Assembly (NCBI GenBank): GCA_964188305.1
Contig: OZ076890.1
Direction: 5' to 3' (one strand)
Origin: Podarcis bocagei
Taxonomy: Eukaryota
DNA length: 64,000 nucleotides
In this document: one piece after another, positions 50,371 through 62,379 of the stretch
Numbering within the stretch: the first letter of the stretch is position 1
Layout: the number at the start of each line of letters is the position of its first letter
Program-made: the position numbers and the translations under genes
Notes under the pieces: generated by a model
The model's input: only the letters and a program-made list of their open reading frames with translations
Told to the model about the DNA's origin: nothing
Database searches by the model: none

Positions 50371-53300
50371 CAAGAGCACCTTCCCGCGTGTCGCGTGTGT
50401 GTTGTTCGCGACCCCTTTTCCTCAGCCCTTCATTAAGAGTCTTTTCAAACAGGGGGGTGAGAGAGAAGGAGAAGCCCTCCACCTCGTAAACGGCATCCTC
50501 ATAACCTTGTATGAGGCGGAAGGAGGACGGCGCTGCCTATTCATTCCCCCTCCCCTCACGCGCCTAATATATATATATATTTCCTCAGGTGTGGAAAACC
50601 GCGCTCTTCCTCCTTCCCCCCACGTTCATCTGCCTCTCTTTGCATTTCCCTGAGAACCCCAAATGGGCTGTTTCTTTGTTCCCCTCCCCCTCCCTCCCCT
50701 TCCCCCCACCCGCGCGCGTTCCATTGTCGCGCACAGCCTGCCCAAAGTGGAACGTCTTCTTCGTGTTCTCTCTCTCTCTCTCTCTCTCCCCGTCTTATCT
50801 GGCCACCACTCTTCCCCCGAAGGGAAAATGCCTCTCCAGCCCTCTCTTTTCTTTCCTTTTTTAAGATAACTGTGTGGTGTCCCGCTTTCATCCCAACCTG
50901 TATTTAAAGACTCCCTCCAAACGAGCAATTTCCCTTTATCTCTCCTTTCCAGAAGCACGCAAGCCACCGTTCCCCTCCAGTGTACCCCCTGCACCCACGA
51001 CTCTTCAACACCCTTCATTTTACCACTAGTCGCTGTTTTCATACTCCGACGTGGGCTTTCTTTCTTGCCCCTTTGCCCTCGAGCCTTTCTGGGTGAGGAG
51101 AACCATTCAGTTCTCAAGAAGATTTCCGGAGTGCCCCCAAAACCGATTCCCTCCCCTTGGTGTCTAAACAAGGTACCGCGTGGTTCCCACCTCTGAAACT
51201 CCCAAACACGTTTTTTGGTCACGGCGTGTGAATCGCTTGGGAAGGTGGAGCGAGAGGGGTCCCCCCCTCCTTCTCTGTAATTCTAGTACCGGCTGGAGAT
51301 TTCTCTGCCGGCCTTTTGATCTCTCGCTCGCCGGGATGGTCGTTATCTTGCGTATCTACTTACTTTGGTAGCGCTGACTCGGCAGGTCAGCTAGTAAATG
51401 TCGGGTTCAGGACGCCCATCTTGACTGATCCTCGCTTGTTCGGTTCTCCCTCGCACAGCGCGTGATTCTTTATGGCTTTCCTAGCGATTGCTGGAATTAA
51501 CAGCAAGGCGCCGGCTACAAGATTTAACCCTATAGACTTCGGGAAGTGGTGGTGTGTGTTGGGGGCGCGCGCGCTTGCGCGCGCCCCCGCTCATTCAGAG
51601 ACACTTCTTTAACCAGGATGGTGTGTGCAGCATCGGGGGGAATCACTGGCCCCCACTGCAGTCCTCCTCTCTGCACGTTTACTTTGTAGTAAGCCTCACT
51701 GTACACAGTGGAACTTGCTTCTGAGGAAACGTGCCACAGGATTGCGCTGTAGAGGTATCGGGTCCCTACTCGCGAGAGAGCAGCTTCCACTGGTAATCCG
51801 ACAGGGCTGCAACCCTAAACATGCTTGTCAGGAAAGTTTGGGGTCCGGGATTTATCTGATACGGATTAGACGTATATAGTTCCGGAGACTTATAGTTTTT
51901 AGCTATAAGAGAAGGGTGGGTGAGGGGAGCACAAACCAGCCGGGTGGAATTGAATGGAATTTTATTGTCACTGACTAGAGAGGTGATTATACCAAGCCCT
52001 CGCTCTTAATTTTCGCTCCAGCGTCCTTAAAACACTCTTATGTTGCCTGCATAAGCTGTTTATACCTAGGTAAGTATGCTAGGAGCTGCGGCATCCCGAG
52101 CGATTAGCTATTTCAACGCCGACGAACGCTCCAGCCTGTTCATCGCGAAGTCCAGGAATCTGTGGGAAAGAAGGGGAAATGTTTAAACCCGGTCCCTAGC
52201 AACATTTGCCTTGATTAAAAAAGTTGCTTACTCAGTATGCAGTTTCCTTCTTTAATTATGCGAATCTCTTGCGTTTTAATGGAAAGCAGGAGATTCTTAA
52301 AAGTAGAGTCTGCTAGAAGGATTTGGAAACCTAAACCCCAAGTTCTTATCTCATGAATAATCGCTTGATTGTTTTGATACCTATTTCTAGCCAGAAAGCT
52401 AATATTCTGTTGGATTTTATTTTTAGCTTGCATCTATACAAGAGGGAGGGAGGGGTGGAAAGCCTCCTCTTCGCTTTCAAAGCAGAAGTGAAAGATATCT
52501 ACCGTTTGTAACCCGAAACGCTGGGCACACAAGCTTTTCAGCTTCTTAAAACCAGCTGATAGAAATGGCAAAAAGGCATCGCTTTCCCAAGCTGGAGGGT
52601 AAATACTCTTAAGGGGGAGGGGAGGGGAGAGTAAAGAAACAAGTTGCCAATGAAGTGTGTGCACTGCAAATGCGTCGGGAAGGTTTTCCTCCAGAGGTGC
52701 CTGGAAGTGGAGTTTAAAATCCGAAATGGAGGGGGTGGGTTGCATATTGTTCCCAGTTTATGAGCTTTGCATCTGAAAACCATCCTACACGTTTTTTCAA
52801 TCTCCGGCAACGAGTGCAAGGACACCTGGCCCATTACATTGTAAAGCTATTTTTTATAAAGACGTTTTAGGGCTAGACATTAAAAGTTATTAGACGGAGC
52901 ACACGTGAGGTACAGACATGCAGCTGGATGGCGGTGGGGGTGGAAGGCCTCTGTTAGATACATATGCATTTCCCCCGTATCCAGAGATAAAAAAGGGAAA
53001 ACTGGGAGAAGGAAGTCCTTGTCAAAATGTCCTGCTTTTACTTTCACTTCTTTTTCTGGGCAAGCAAATGTAGATGTATGCTTGCAAAGTGGGTTGATAC
53101 TGTATTTAAAACGGTTTTAAAATCATATCCGTTTAATTTTCTGAGGAACCTTTGAATATGGTCACGACAGTATATGCGGCGACTCTAGCCCAAAAAAAAC
53201 ATTCTGAGTCTCTGAGTGTGTATGGTCGAGCCTTCAGAAAAAGAAAGGACAAATTCTTTAAAAATAAAATAAAAAATACAGTGGAAGTACTGAACCTGCT

Positions 53301-54561
53301 TGCCGAGCAACACAACTGAGTCGAAGTCCCCGGATTGTAAGACTGGTTTCATTAACGCCATTGTTTAACCAGTTTATGATGGACTGAGCTGCCTAGTCGT
53401 TCCGCGTCTCAAGGACCCGGAACATTTGCTCGCGCAGGGTCTTTCCAAGCAAGTTCTTAGCGATCACACGGGTTGTTTTTGTTTTCAGATTTTATTTTAT
53501 GCTCCTTGAGTGCCTGTCTTCCCCACCCCCACCCGGTGAGGATTCCCAGAGGTTGCAAACGCAACGCCTCCCGAGGCATTGTGTGTGTGAGGGGGGGGGT
53601 CGTCTCGGTCGCTAAGTCTACCCCCTGCCCCGCGTTCACCCCGCCTGTGTTTTGCTAAGCAGAATCGCCGAGGGAGCCTTCGCCGAAGGAACTGAGGCCG
53701 CAAATCGCCAGGCCTCTTTCCCTCCCTCCCTTCCTCCCTCGCCTCCTCGGAGAGCTGACCCTCGGGTCAGGCCGTTGTGCGTTGCGCTGGGGTGGGGGGA
53801 GAGAAGAGGAGCACTGGAGAGCGAGCGGAGCCAGCGAGCCGTAGACGCTGGCGCTCCTCGGGACCGAAAGCATCGGAGAGGGAAATCCACGCCAAAAAAA
53901 ACAGCCGCTGCGGGCACGCCGAGCGCTTAAAGACCTCCTGAAGGCAGCGCTGCTGTGGAGGACGGGCCAGAAGCGCCTCTCTGCGGAGCTGGGAGGCGAG
54001 GGGAACCGCGTAGCTGCAGCCTTTCGCCTCGCTCTGGCTGTTTGGCGCGACAATGGATTCACACGGCACCGGCCCTTCTTTTCTGAACTCCACGTGGCTC
54101 CCCGCTGGCCCCTTTTCCAGGCAGCGCTGCATCCCGAAGCAGCAGGCCGGTCTCTTGGCAAGGCACGTAATCAATCACCGGAGCCGCGCCGCGCTGGAGG
54201 CCCCGGGCCTGATCAACCTCGGCCCGTGACTCAGTCCTTTTCTCCTTCCTAAGGGTGTCGCCAGGATTAAATTCATTAGCGGTCTGCTCGGCTACGGCGG
54301 CGCACAGCGCCGAGGAAAAAGCCTATAAATAACCCGGCGCTCTCCCGAGCTCTGAATGGCCCTGCTTGAGTGTGCGTTAAATCAAGCCGTTGCCGCCGCT
54401 TCCTGGGAGCCTGCTTTAATGGGAGTGTAGAAATCTGAATAACAAAACAAGGCCACCTTGGCTTGGCCTTAGACAGAGGCTCTGACCACTCTTGCACGCC
54501 TGATTTCACCATCAGGAAAACAAAAGACATTGAAATTAAGATTTTTCCCCTCCCCCCACTT

Positions 54562-54564
<3 letters not shown>

Positions 54565-54598
<34 letters not shown>
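54565..54598. repeat. (AC)n microsatellite
   Basis: Direct inspection. Confidence 0.95.
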
Positions 54599-54600
<2 letters not shown>

Positions 54601-55748
54601 GGCGCGGCAGCAGAGGGGGGCCGGGGCTGGAAGTCCGTGCTGTTTTTCTGGGCCAATGGGTGGCGGAGCAATGCGTGGCTTTCTGCTGGCCCCAAAGTGA
54701 TCGAAATGTGTGCTCGCAGGCGAAAAACCTCTCCGGCTGCCGCTGCCAAGTTTCTAACAGGGATTGTGTTCCGTCCTGGAAAGTCACACACTTGGGCTGC
54801 AATCCTAAACAAACGGACTGGGGAGCAAGTTCCACTGAAATCAATGGGGCTTACTTCTGCGTAAACATAAGTAGGCGTGGAGGGACGACCATGTTTTCAA
54901 CTCTCAGTGGTTGCAGTTCGAGTGGAAACGTCGGCCGGCGTTGGCCCTGGCGCACACAGAGCGCCGGTGCGCGCTCGGCAGACAGGAAAGAACATGTTTC
55001 AGATTTTGTGAGGCATGTGACACAGATGCAGCGCACCGGCAACTGAGAGAGAAGCCACAAGGCCTCGACTTCTAACCCTGAAACGTTAAAAAAAGAAGCA
55101 GCCATGAAAGGCAGACGAGTCACAGATAAAGTTCTGCCTCCTCTAGCTTAGTATGCATGTAAAACACTCTCAACCCTAAAAGTATACGTATACAATTGCC
55201 AGTATTCTTTTTATTCTTCTTCTTTTATGAGGCCTAAAAAAGAGCCAGATCCATTCATACAAGCTAACGTCTTCTCTCTGGTTCAGCACCACAACCAGAT
55301 AGACTGGAGCGAACCAAGGCTCCAACCTTGGATAGCTGAGGAACAACTGTTGTTCCACCTAAGCCAGCGCGTCACAGATCTACGGGTCTGTTGCTTGCTT
55401 TTTGCGCCTGTGGTGGACGGACCCTGTTCCGCAGGTTGTTGTGAGGCTGTCCCACAATCCACTCGTGCTTCCTAGGGAGAAAGCAGCCATTCTGTCTGCA
55501 GGAGACAGAAGCAACCTCATAATGGGTGAAAGTGTCAATGAACAAAGGGTTCCGGAGTGTGTGGGAGGGGAGTATTCCTGTTTCACCTACATTTTCCAGT
55601 CTCCCCCAGTCCTACTTCTCACAAACAGCAGATTGTGTCGCTGGCAATCATTTGTCTTGATTTCAGACAGTACCTGAGGGCTCGTTTGATGGAATGCTTC
55701 GAGACACCATCACCCTGCTAATAATAATTTTTAAAAAGCCCACCTATT

Positions 55749-55887
55749 TCTATACCATGTATTTAAAGTACATACCTTCCCCCACATAGTCTTGGGAACT
55801 GTAGTTTACCCCGACAGACTGCAGTTCCCAGGAATCTCTGTGGAGACTCATGCACTTTAAATGTGCTTTAAATGTATTGTGTATAGA
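55749..55887. mobile_element. Palindromic MITE-like repeat, same family as 42979-43137
   Basis: Ends tctatac/gtataga and inner arms tgggaactgtagt/actgcagttccca. Confidence 0.6.
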
Positions 55888-57423
55888 GCCGCTGCAGGGT
55901 AGCACTTAAGGAGAAGGCTACACAGAACCGCTCTCCCTGGCATCTGGTTGCGCTGTATCGGATTGTTTTTATTTTCAAGGAGAGGGCATTCAGTCAAGCT
56001 GGGTACCAGACCTGCAGTGCTTGGTAGGGCAATTCAGGTGTCGGTTTAGCACCTGATCTGCCATTTGTAAGAAAATGTCTTAAAGCATATTAACAATTGG
56101 GTATTTTTGTTGTTGAAATCGGAATATAGGGGTTTCTGTGGACATGGCCATAAACCTGCATTGGAAACAGTGGAGTGAAACCGCCCCTTTAGCCCTATTG
56201 GAGACAGAAATTGGTCGTGCCAGGAGGCCAAAGCAAAGAGAGAGAGAGCCATTTCCAAACAGCTCACCCTCATCCTTCCCTCCGATAAGGTGGCTCTCCC
56301 ACAAAGATGCAGTATCGGATGCTTCGAGGCATATATTTTATTGAAAGAGCAGGGCCTTTCAACTACACGGGATTTTTCTTCAGGCAGATCTACCTGAGGA
56401 AGATTTCCTTGCATTGCAGAAACTGGTTCTCCGCCTCAGGCAGTGCAGCCCATCCTGCCTGGTGTGCCAGAAGAACTATCGGGGATCTTAGGTTTCCTAC
56501 TCTTGAGGTAGCGACACAGGAAACACTTTTGTTAACTGGGAAAGCTTTAGATGGCCGTCCTGTAGGAAGGAGGCTCGATTTACGCCCGCCTTTGAAACAT
56601 CAACAGCAGCACCACCATCATAACAACAACAACAACAGCACACCGTTGATCGACGGCTGAACGGCAGCCACTTGTGGCTGTTTACTACCTCGGCCATTTT
56701 GATTGTCTTGCATGCTGGGGCTGGAAATCCTGGGAGTGTTTCCAAGGGGACTCGCCAAGAGCAGCTCTTCCCAGCAGAGCGCACACCTCGGCCTCCGCCT
56801 GTCTGTCACTTCTGGGGTGCAGCCGGGAAAGGGAAGGCAGTGACATGCCTTGCAGGGGGGCGAGTGTAGGACAAGCCTCGCGCTGCTCTGACAGCCAATC
56901 ACGGAGCGCTGGTGACAGTCTGTGAAAGGGCTACTGTCTTCAACCCTGTCCAGTTCTCCTCGCAGTCAGATGCAGCTGCGACGCAGGGCCCTGCTGTGCC
57001 GTGGGGTGGGGTGGAGTGGAGGAGGCGGAGAAGTTAAACAAGGAGAGCGCAAAAGGATCACCTCCTCACACGTCTCGACCTTTGCCTCTCAGCAAAAGGC
57101 TCAGTTCCTGCAGAAACAAACACCAAAACCTCTCCCCCCCCCTTAAAACAAAAGCAAGAGGCCAAGATGCTGAACATCAAGGATGGCTGATCTGTGCCCC
57201 CCAGCTATTACTACTGGACTTCACCAGTTCCAGCCAGCACAGCCAATAGTCAGGGATGATGGAAGCTATAGTGCAAAACACGTGGAAGGTCATAGGTCCC
57301 ACAACCACCACTGTCACTGTGAGAACAGGATAGTTGACTAGATTAGCTTTCCTTGGGTTCATAAGTATTAAGTAGAAGTCCTGTTAAGCTGGATGGGTCT
57401 TGCTCTCAGGGAAGTGTGTATGG

Positions 57424-57560
57424 CAGGGCTGAGGAACCTCCTCTTCCACTTGTTGTTGGACTACAGCTTCCATCCTCCCTGACCACTGGCCATGCTGGCT
57501 AGGTTTGATGGGAGCTGGGAGTGTCACTAGATCTGGAGGATGGGAAGTTCTTCAGCCCTA
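57424..57560. mobile_element. Short palindromic hAT-like MITE; a related core lies at ~32150-32231
   Basis: Ends cagggctgaggaac/gttcttcagcccta and inner arms ggactacagcttccatc/gatgggagctgggagt. TSD not clear. Confidence 0.65.
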
Positions 57561-57765
57561 ATGAGTAGGACTGCAGCCTTTATCTCCACATCAAGTAACC
57601 TCTGACTCACAACGTCCAGCTGAAATCACTTTCGGCTTACCCTCCAGCGTTAGACTGCAGAACCATCCTAACAGTCATTACTTGGAAGCAACTCCTACTC
57701 AGACCAGCCCAATCAATTCTGTGCATGTTGAGTTGGAAAATAAGTCCTGGGGAGTTCCATGAGAT

Positions 57766-57901
57766 TTACATCTCAGTCCGTAGAGCAGAAGACTCTTAAT
57801 CTCAGGGTCATGGGTTAAGCTCCATGTTGGGCAAAAGATTCCTGCATTGCAGGGGGCTGGACCAGATGAGTCTGTGGTCCCTTCCAACTCTACGATTCTA
57901 T
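57766..57901 (+). mobile_element. tRNA-Lys(CTT)-derived SINE with CR1-type 3' tail. Tail-only fragments at ~29770-29840, ~31670-31735 and ~59672-59715 (minus)
   Basis: ctcagtccgtagagcagaagactcttaatctcagggtc followed by ggtcccttccaactctacgattctat. Confidence 0.85.
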
Positions 57902-57984
57902 ACATATCCCTCAACTTGTGCACAGACAGGGCTCCTTCGAGAAATATATTTCCAGATGTGCAAGGCAGCCCATGATCCATTAGC

Positions 57985-57985
57985 T

Positions 57986-58016
<31 letters not shown>

Positions 58017-58055
58017 TTTGGTTGGTTGGTTGGTTGGTTGGTTGGTTGGTTGGTT
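57985..58055. repeat. Compound (TTTA)n(TTGG)n repeat
   Basis: Direct inspection. Confidence 0.95.
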
Positions 58056-59124
58056 TTTACAATGCTTCCAACTTCAAAGTGATTACTTTCTAAATGCCTT
58101 ATTGTGTGAACTTTATGAAGCGGGGCTATGGAAAGTATAGGAAATTTATTTGAATCACATATTTAGTATCTGAACCTTCACTGACATGCGAGGGATCTCA
58201 AGGAAGGTAGGAGCATTTGCCAGCACAATGGACGGGACTCATTTTGAACCAGTGGTCACTTTTACCCTGCTCTCAATGTCTGCTGCAGCCCTTCACCACA
58301 ATAACTTATGGGGTGACCCTGAACCTGTGCCAAGTGTATTTTTAGCATTATTCAAGAGTGACCGAAGTTAGCACTACTTTAAGCACAGGCTGGAGTACAA
58401 AAACCTTCAATCATAAATACCCATAGAAATTGGGAAGAGGCTACAGCCAAACTCATAAATGTGCAGTCGGCTGGGAGGGTGGGTGGAGAGAGAGAGACAT
58501 CCCTCGCCCCCTCAAGACCAGAGCCTAGTTCTCACTGTGATGGTAAAATGTCTTTCTGGGCTGTGCCACTTCACTCTGGAAAATACAAAATGCTCCGCCA
58601 TGGAAGCATATCTGTGCACCTAGAAAACTAGCACACTAGGTAGAAACATAGGCTGGAATCCTTCTCTATGGCATGCTAGTCTTCTGGGTGCAGCATTTGT
58701 GTGCATGCGTATGTGTTCTGTGAAGGAGCATTCGACCGCTATCTGCTTTCTGAGGTGACACAGCCAGGCACAGGTTTATCACCTCACTGTGAAAATTAGG
58801 CCCGGAAACCAGCCATCGTGATCCCTCTACCAAATTGCGTTCTCAACTCCCGGGAAAGGGAAATGCTGTTAGTTTCCAGAGAGGGTTTCTTTCCGCCGAC
58901 ACTGGCTTTTGTTTTAATTATTGGATGCAGGCGATGAATCATTCTCTGCCACCTTCTGATTGAAAAGGAGGGGAGGAGGAAGCCATTTCTTTTCCTGGGC
59001 TGCCCTTGTGTGCAGCTGGTTCTCTGGAGCCACCATGGTGGTTGTATCTGGGCTCCTTTTTATTGAGAACTAAAGGTGGCGGCGGCAGCAGCAGCCACAG
59101 CCGCAGCAGCAAGCAGGCCGGAAC

Positions 59125-59127
<3 letters not shown>

Positions 59128-59191
<64 letters not shown>
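59128..59191. repeat. (AG)n microsatellite
   Basis: Direct inspection. Confidence 0.97.
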
Positions 59192-59195
<4 letters not shown>

Positions 59196-61180
59196 CAGTG
59201 CTGAACAGTCCTTGTGGCCAAGCTGGATTTTCCGTTCATGCTGAGGAGCTCACGCAGCAACAGCAAATTTTCTGGCCTGCCTGAGCACGAAGGAAATGAC
59301 AATGCGAATTGTTAGAGCGGGGCCGGAGAAATTGTGTGAAGTGGATAAAGCCTTCATTTCTTTAAAAAAACAAAAACAAAAAAAGTGTTTTAAATAGTGT
59401 GCTAGTTAAAATAAAACCACTGATTATTTTGAAGGCTTCTAACAAAGACACTTCCTGGCTTCTTTGTGTGTGTTTTTAAGTTAGAGAGGCAACACCAGTG
59501 TAATAGCCTATTAGCAAAATGTCCTTGGGAACTTTCTAAAGTAAGGAATGTGTCATGTGTGAATGCCATTATTTCTAGATTCAAAACATGGACATTCTTT
59601 TCAGAACCTTACAGGTCTAGGGATGCAGATGAAACAGTTGAGGTAGTCAGTGGCTACAATCTGGCCTACAATGATAGAAGGGACCCTGAGAGTCATCTAG
59701 TCCAACTCCCTGCAAAGGGAAGGACTTAAAGAAAAATCAGCACAGGACTGAAACCAAAATATATTTTGTTACAGGGAGAAATTTTTTTGCTTCCTTCCCC
59801 AGTATAAAAACAGCCCAATACACAGACAGGTTAACAAAGAATCCCATGGAAATTCAACAGAGCCACATGGACACAACCTCAGCTGCACGCTTCTTAACTA
59901 GGTTGTGAGTTTGGCTATGAATCAAGCACACTGGCTAGCCATGGAAAAACATCTGCTTACAAGCACACTCCTTAAAACCACAAGAAACACGATCTAAAAT
60001 TTCAAACTCCTTCTGCCTGATTAATCCTGGCCAAGCCAAAACGTACCCATTTCCTCTATTCCAGACCATAACTGGCCACATTAGGGAGTAATGAAATTAC
60101 AAGGATTTGTTAATCTAGCCTCTGGATCTCTGAAACACAGAGACACAATGGCCAATTTCCAGAACAACTGTGCAGAAAGTAGGGGAAGGGGCTGGTGGCT
60201 TGATCACTTTGTAGAAACTTTGTAGGTAATTCTTTGTCCGCAAGGGTCCTGTGGGAGTGTCAGCATGTGGGGACTGCTTACAGCAGAACTGAGGTCTCAG
60301 AAGCCATTATAAAGGAAACACCTTTCCTCAGGCACCTGGGTCCTTAGGTAGGCTGAGGCCCAGTAGCTTCTTCCCTCAGGGCCAGCCCAACTCAGGAGGC
60401 TTGGCAAGGCAGTCACTGCAGACAGCAGGCTGGGAAAAGCTGGTAGGGGTGGCAGATTCAGCCCCCCAAGGAACGTACTGCTTCCTGCTTCCTGTGCATT
60501 GTCACCTACCTTCTCCCCACCCCTTCTCTGGCCTCTTTTTTTTCTTCCTCCCCCACCTTCTTCAGCACACTGGGCTGCCTCCAGTCACCTCAGGTAGAGG
60601 CAGCAGGGGTGGCAGAGGAGGTTGGGGGCACATTTTCTGTAGCAAAACATATTGGGCTGGCTGATCCAGCTTTCCCTCTGCTCTCTTCATCTGAACTAGA
60701 GTTGTGAGGTAAGGCAAAGGCAGCTTCCTTCCCAGTACCAACAAAGAGCCAGAAGCGCAAATCAGAATTCCTCTGCAATTGTGGTTACCTAAAACCCTCC
60801 TCAGAAGGATAAAGGACTAAGGAAGCAGGACCATGAAAAGCCAAGCTTGGAGGTTGTCCGCAGACCTCTTACCAAGCTGAACCTAGATGCAATACTTTGA
60901 AGTAAAGCCCATTTGTTTCAAACTCCAGTGATTGTACTCAAATGGGCAACTAGGATAAAAGCACAGGTATGTGTCACTTGGTTTAAAAAGTGGGTGTAAA
61001 GGCCACCGTGTTCCACACATTAAAAAATGTAGCCTAAGCAAACTTGCTAGTGAAATGAGGTGGGTGGAAACCAATATTCACATTGATCTCACTGTCATAC
61101 GTGAGGGTGTCACTGCTGACTGTGGAGTCATAATTCCGATACTTTCCAATGTGAAACCAATGACACAGATCAAGCATACA

Positions 61181-61364
61181 GGAAGAGCCATAGCTTAGTT
61201 GTAGAGCATCTTTTTTCCATGCAGAAGATCCCTGGTTCCATCCATCACTTGATCTCCAGGTAAGACGGGAGGAGACCCTGCTATGAAATTGCCAGTCAGT
61301 GTAGGCAGTACTGAGCTAGATAGACCAAAGGTCTGGCTCAGCATAAGGCAACTTCCTATGTTCC
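61181..61364 (+). mobile_element. Squam3-like SINE
   Basis: ggaagagccatagcttagttgtagagc head, ggttccatcc B box and ataaggcaacttcctatgttcc tail. Confidence 0.8.
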
Positions 61365-62379
61365 AAATGGTTTCCTGACACCCCCTCAAAAACAATGCTT
61401 TTCAAGGGAGGCAGTGAGGTACACCTTAAGTGAATGGAATGAGCCTTCAGACCTCACACAACCACCACTCCAGTTGTTTTTAGCAACACATTTTTACTGC
61501 AACTAAACTTCCTCTCAAGGACAGGGCTGTGATAAAAATATTATTTTGAAAGCACTGCCCCATGTGCAAGAATAATAGCAGATTTTATAAATTCCATATA
61601 ATTAAGCTGATTTCCACAGTATTCCTTAATGTTGAGGTAGCAGGAATCAGGTACAAAGTGCTTACTCCAGATCAGAATCTGGAGGATTACAGTTATAACA
61701 ATTAATAAAGCAGGCCATGTAGTCTCTGAAGACATTAAAGTCAATTGAATATTTGTCGTTAGCTCCAATGTGGAGTGAAGGGGCCCTGAAGTGTCAAACT
61801 CTGACATTCAGAACCTAAAATCATAACTGTAATTCAAAACAGGTTCCACTGATGTCAATGAGACTAAATAGGAGGCAAAATAATTCTAGATAAATATGTG
61901 TTCATTAACATGCTCATAAAAATGCATCTCTCCCCATACCACATATAGAAAGAAGAAAGCCAAGCTGGCAATCAGATCTTGCTTCAACACTGGGAACAGA
62001 TAGCATCCACCACACCTGAAGGAAAGCCTTCCGTAGCACACACACATATCTGTCCCCGACATCAACACTTGCATCTATTTCCCAACACCTACCTCCCACT
62101 CCCTGCCCACCCTCTAGCATCTGCTGCCTGAGGCCGCTGCCCCTTTCTTCCTAATGGTAGTGCTGGCCCTGAACATGATAACTCGGAAGGAAATGTCAAT
62201 TACATTTTCATGAGACATCCAGCCATGCCTACTCTGTGTTGAGAAGCTAAATGAGGATGAAGTCCGCATCAGTGTACATGAGATCTAAGCCTTAGTGTAT
62301 AACACTGGTGTTTCAGAGACCTCTGATCGGCAGGTAGACCAGCGAGGCTTCCTTCCAAGTAAGTGTGAGTAGGGATTGC

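Larger units (their letters stand above)
40600..55050. promoter_or_regulatory. Promoter-spanning CpG-island cluster (core ~47.4-50.8 kb)
   Basis: Very high GC/CpG density around both first-exon candidates. Confidence 0.85.

Noticed and set aside
52066-52076. Plus-strand donor TAG|GTAAGT as evidence for a divergent transcript
   Set aside because: It lies in a remnant of the palindromic repeat, which carries this motif by descent, and no supporting acceptor or promoter was seen.
55282-55302. REST/NRSE site (TTCAGCACCAC...)
   Set aside because: Only the left half matches; the GGACAG half is absent.
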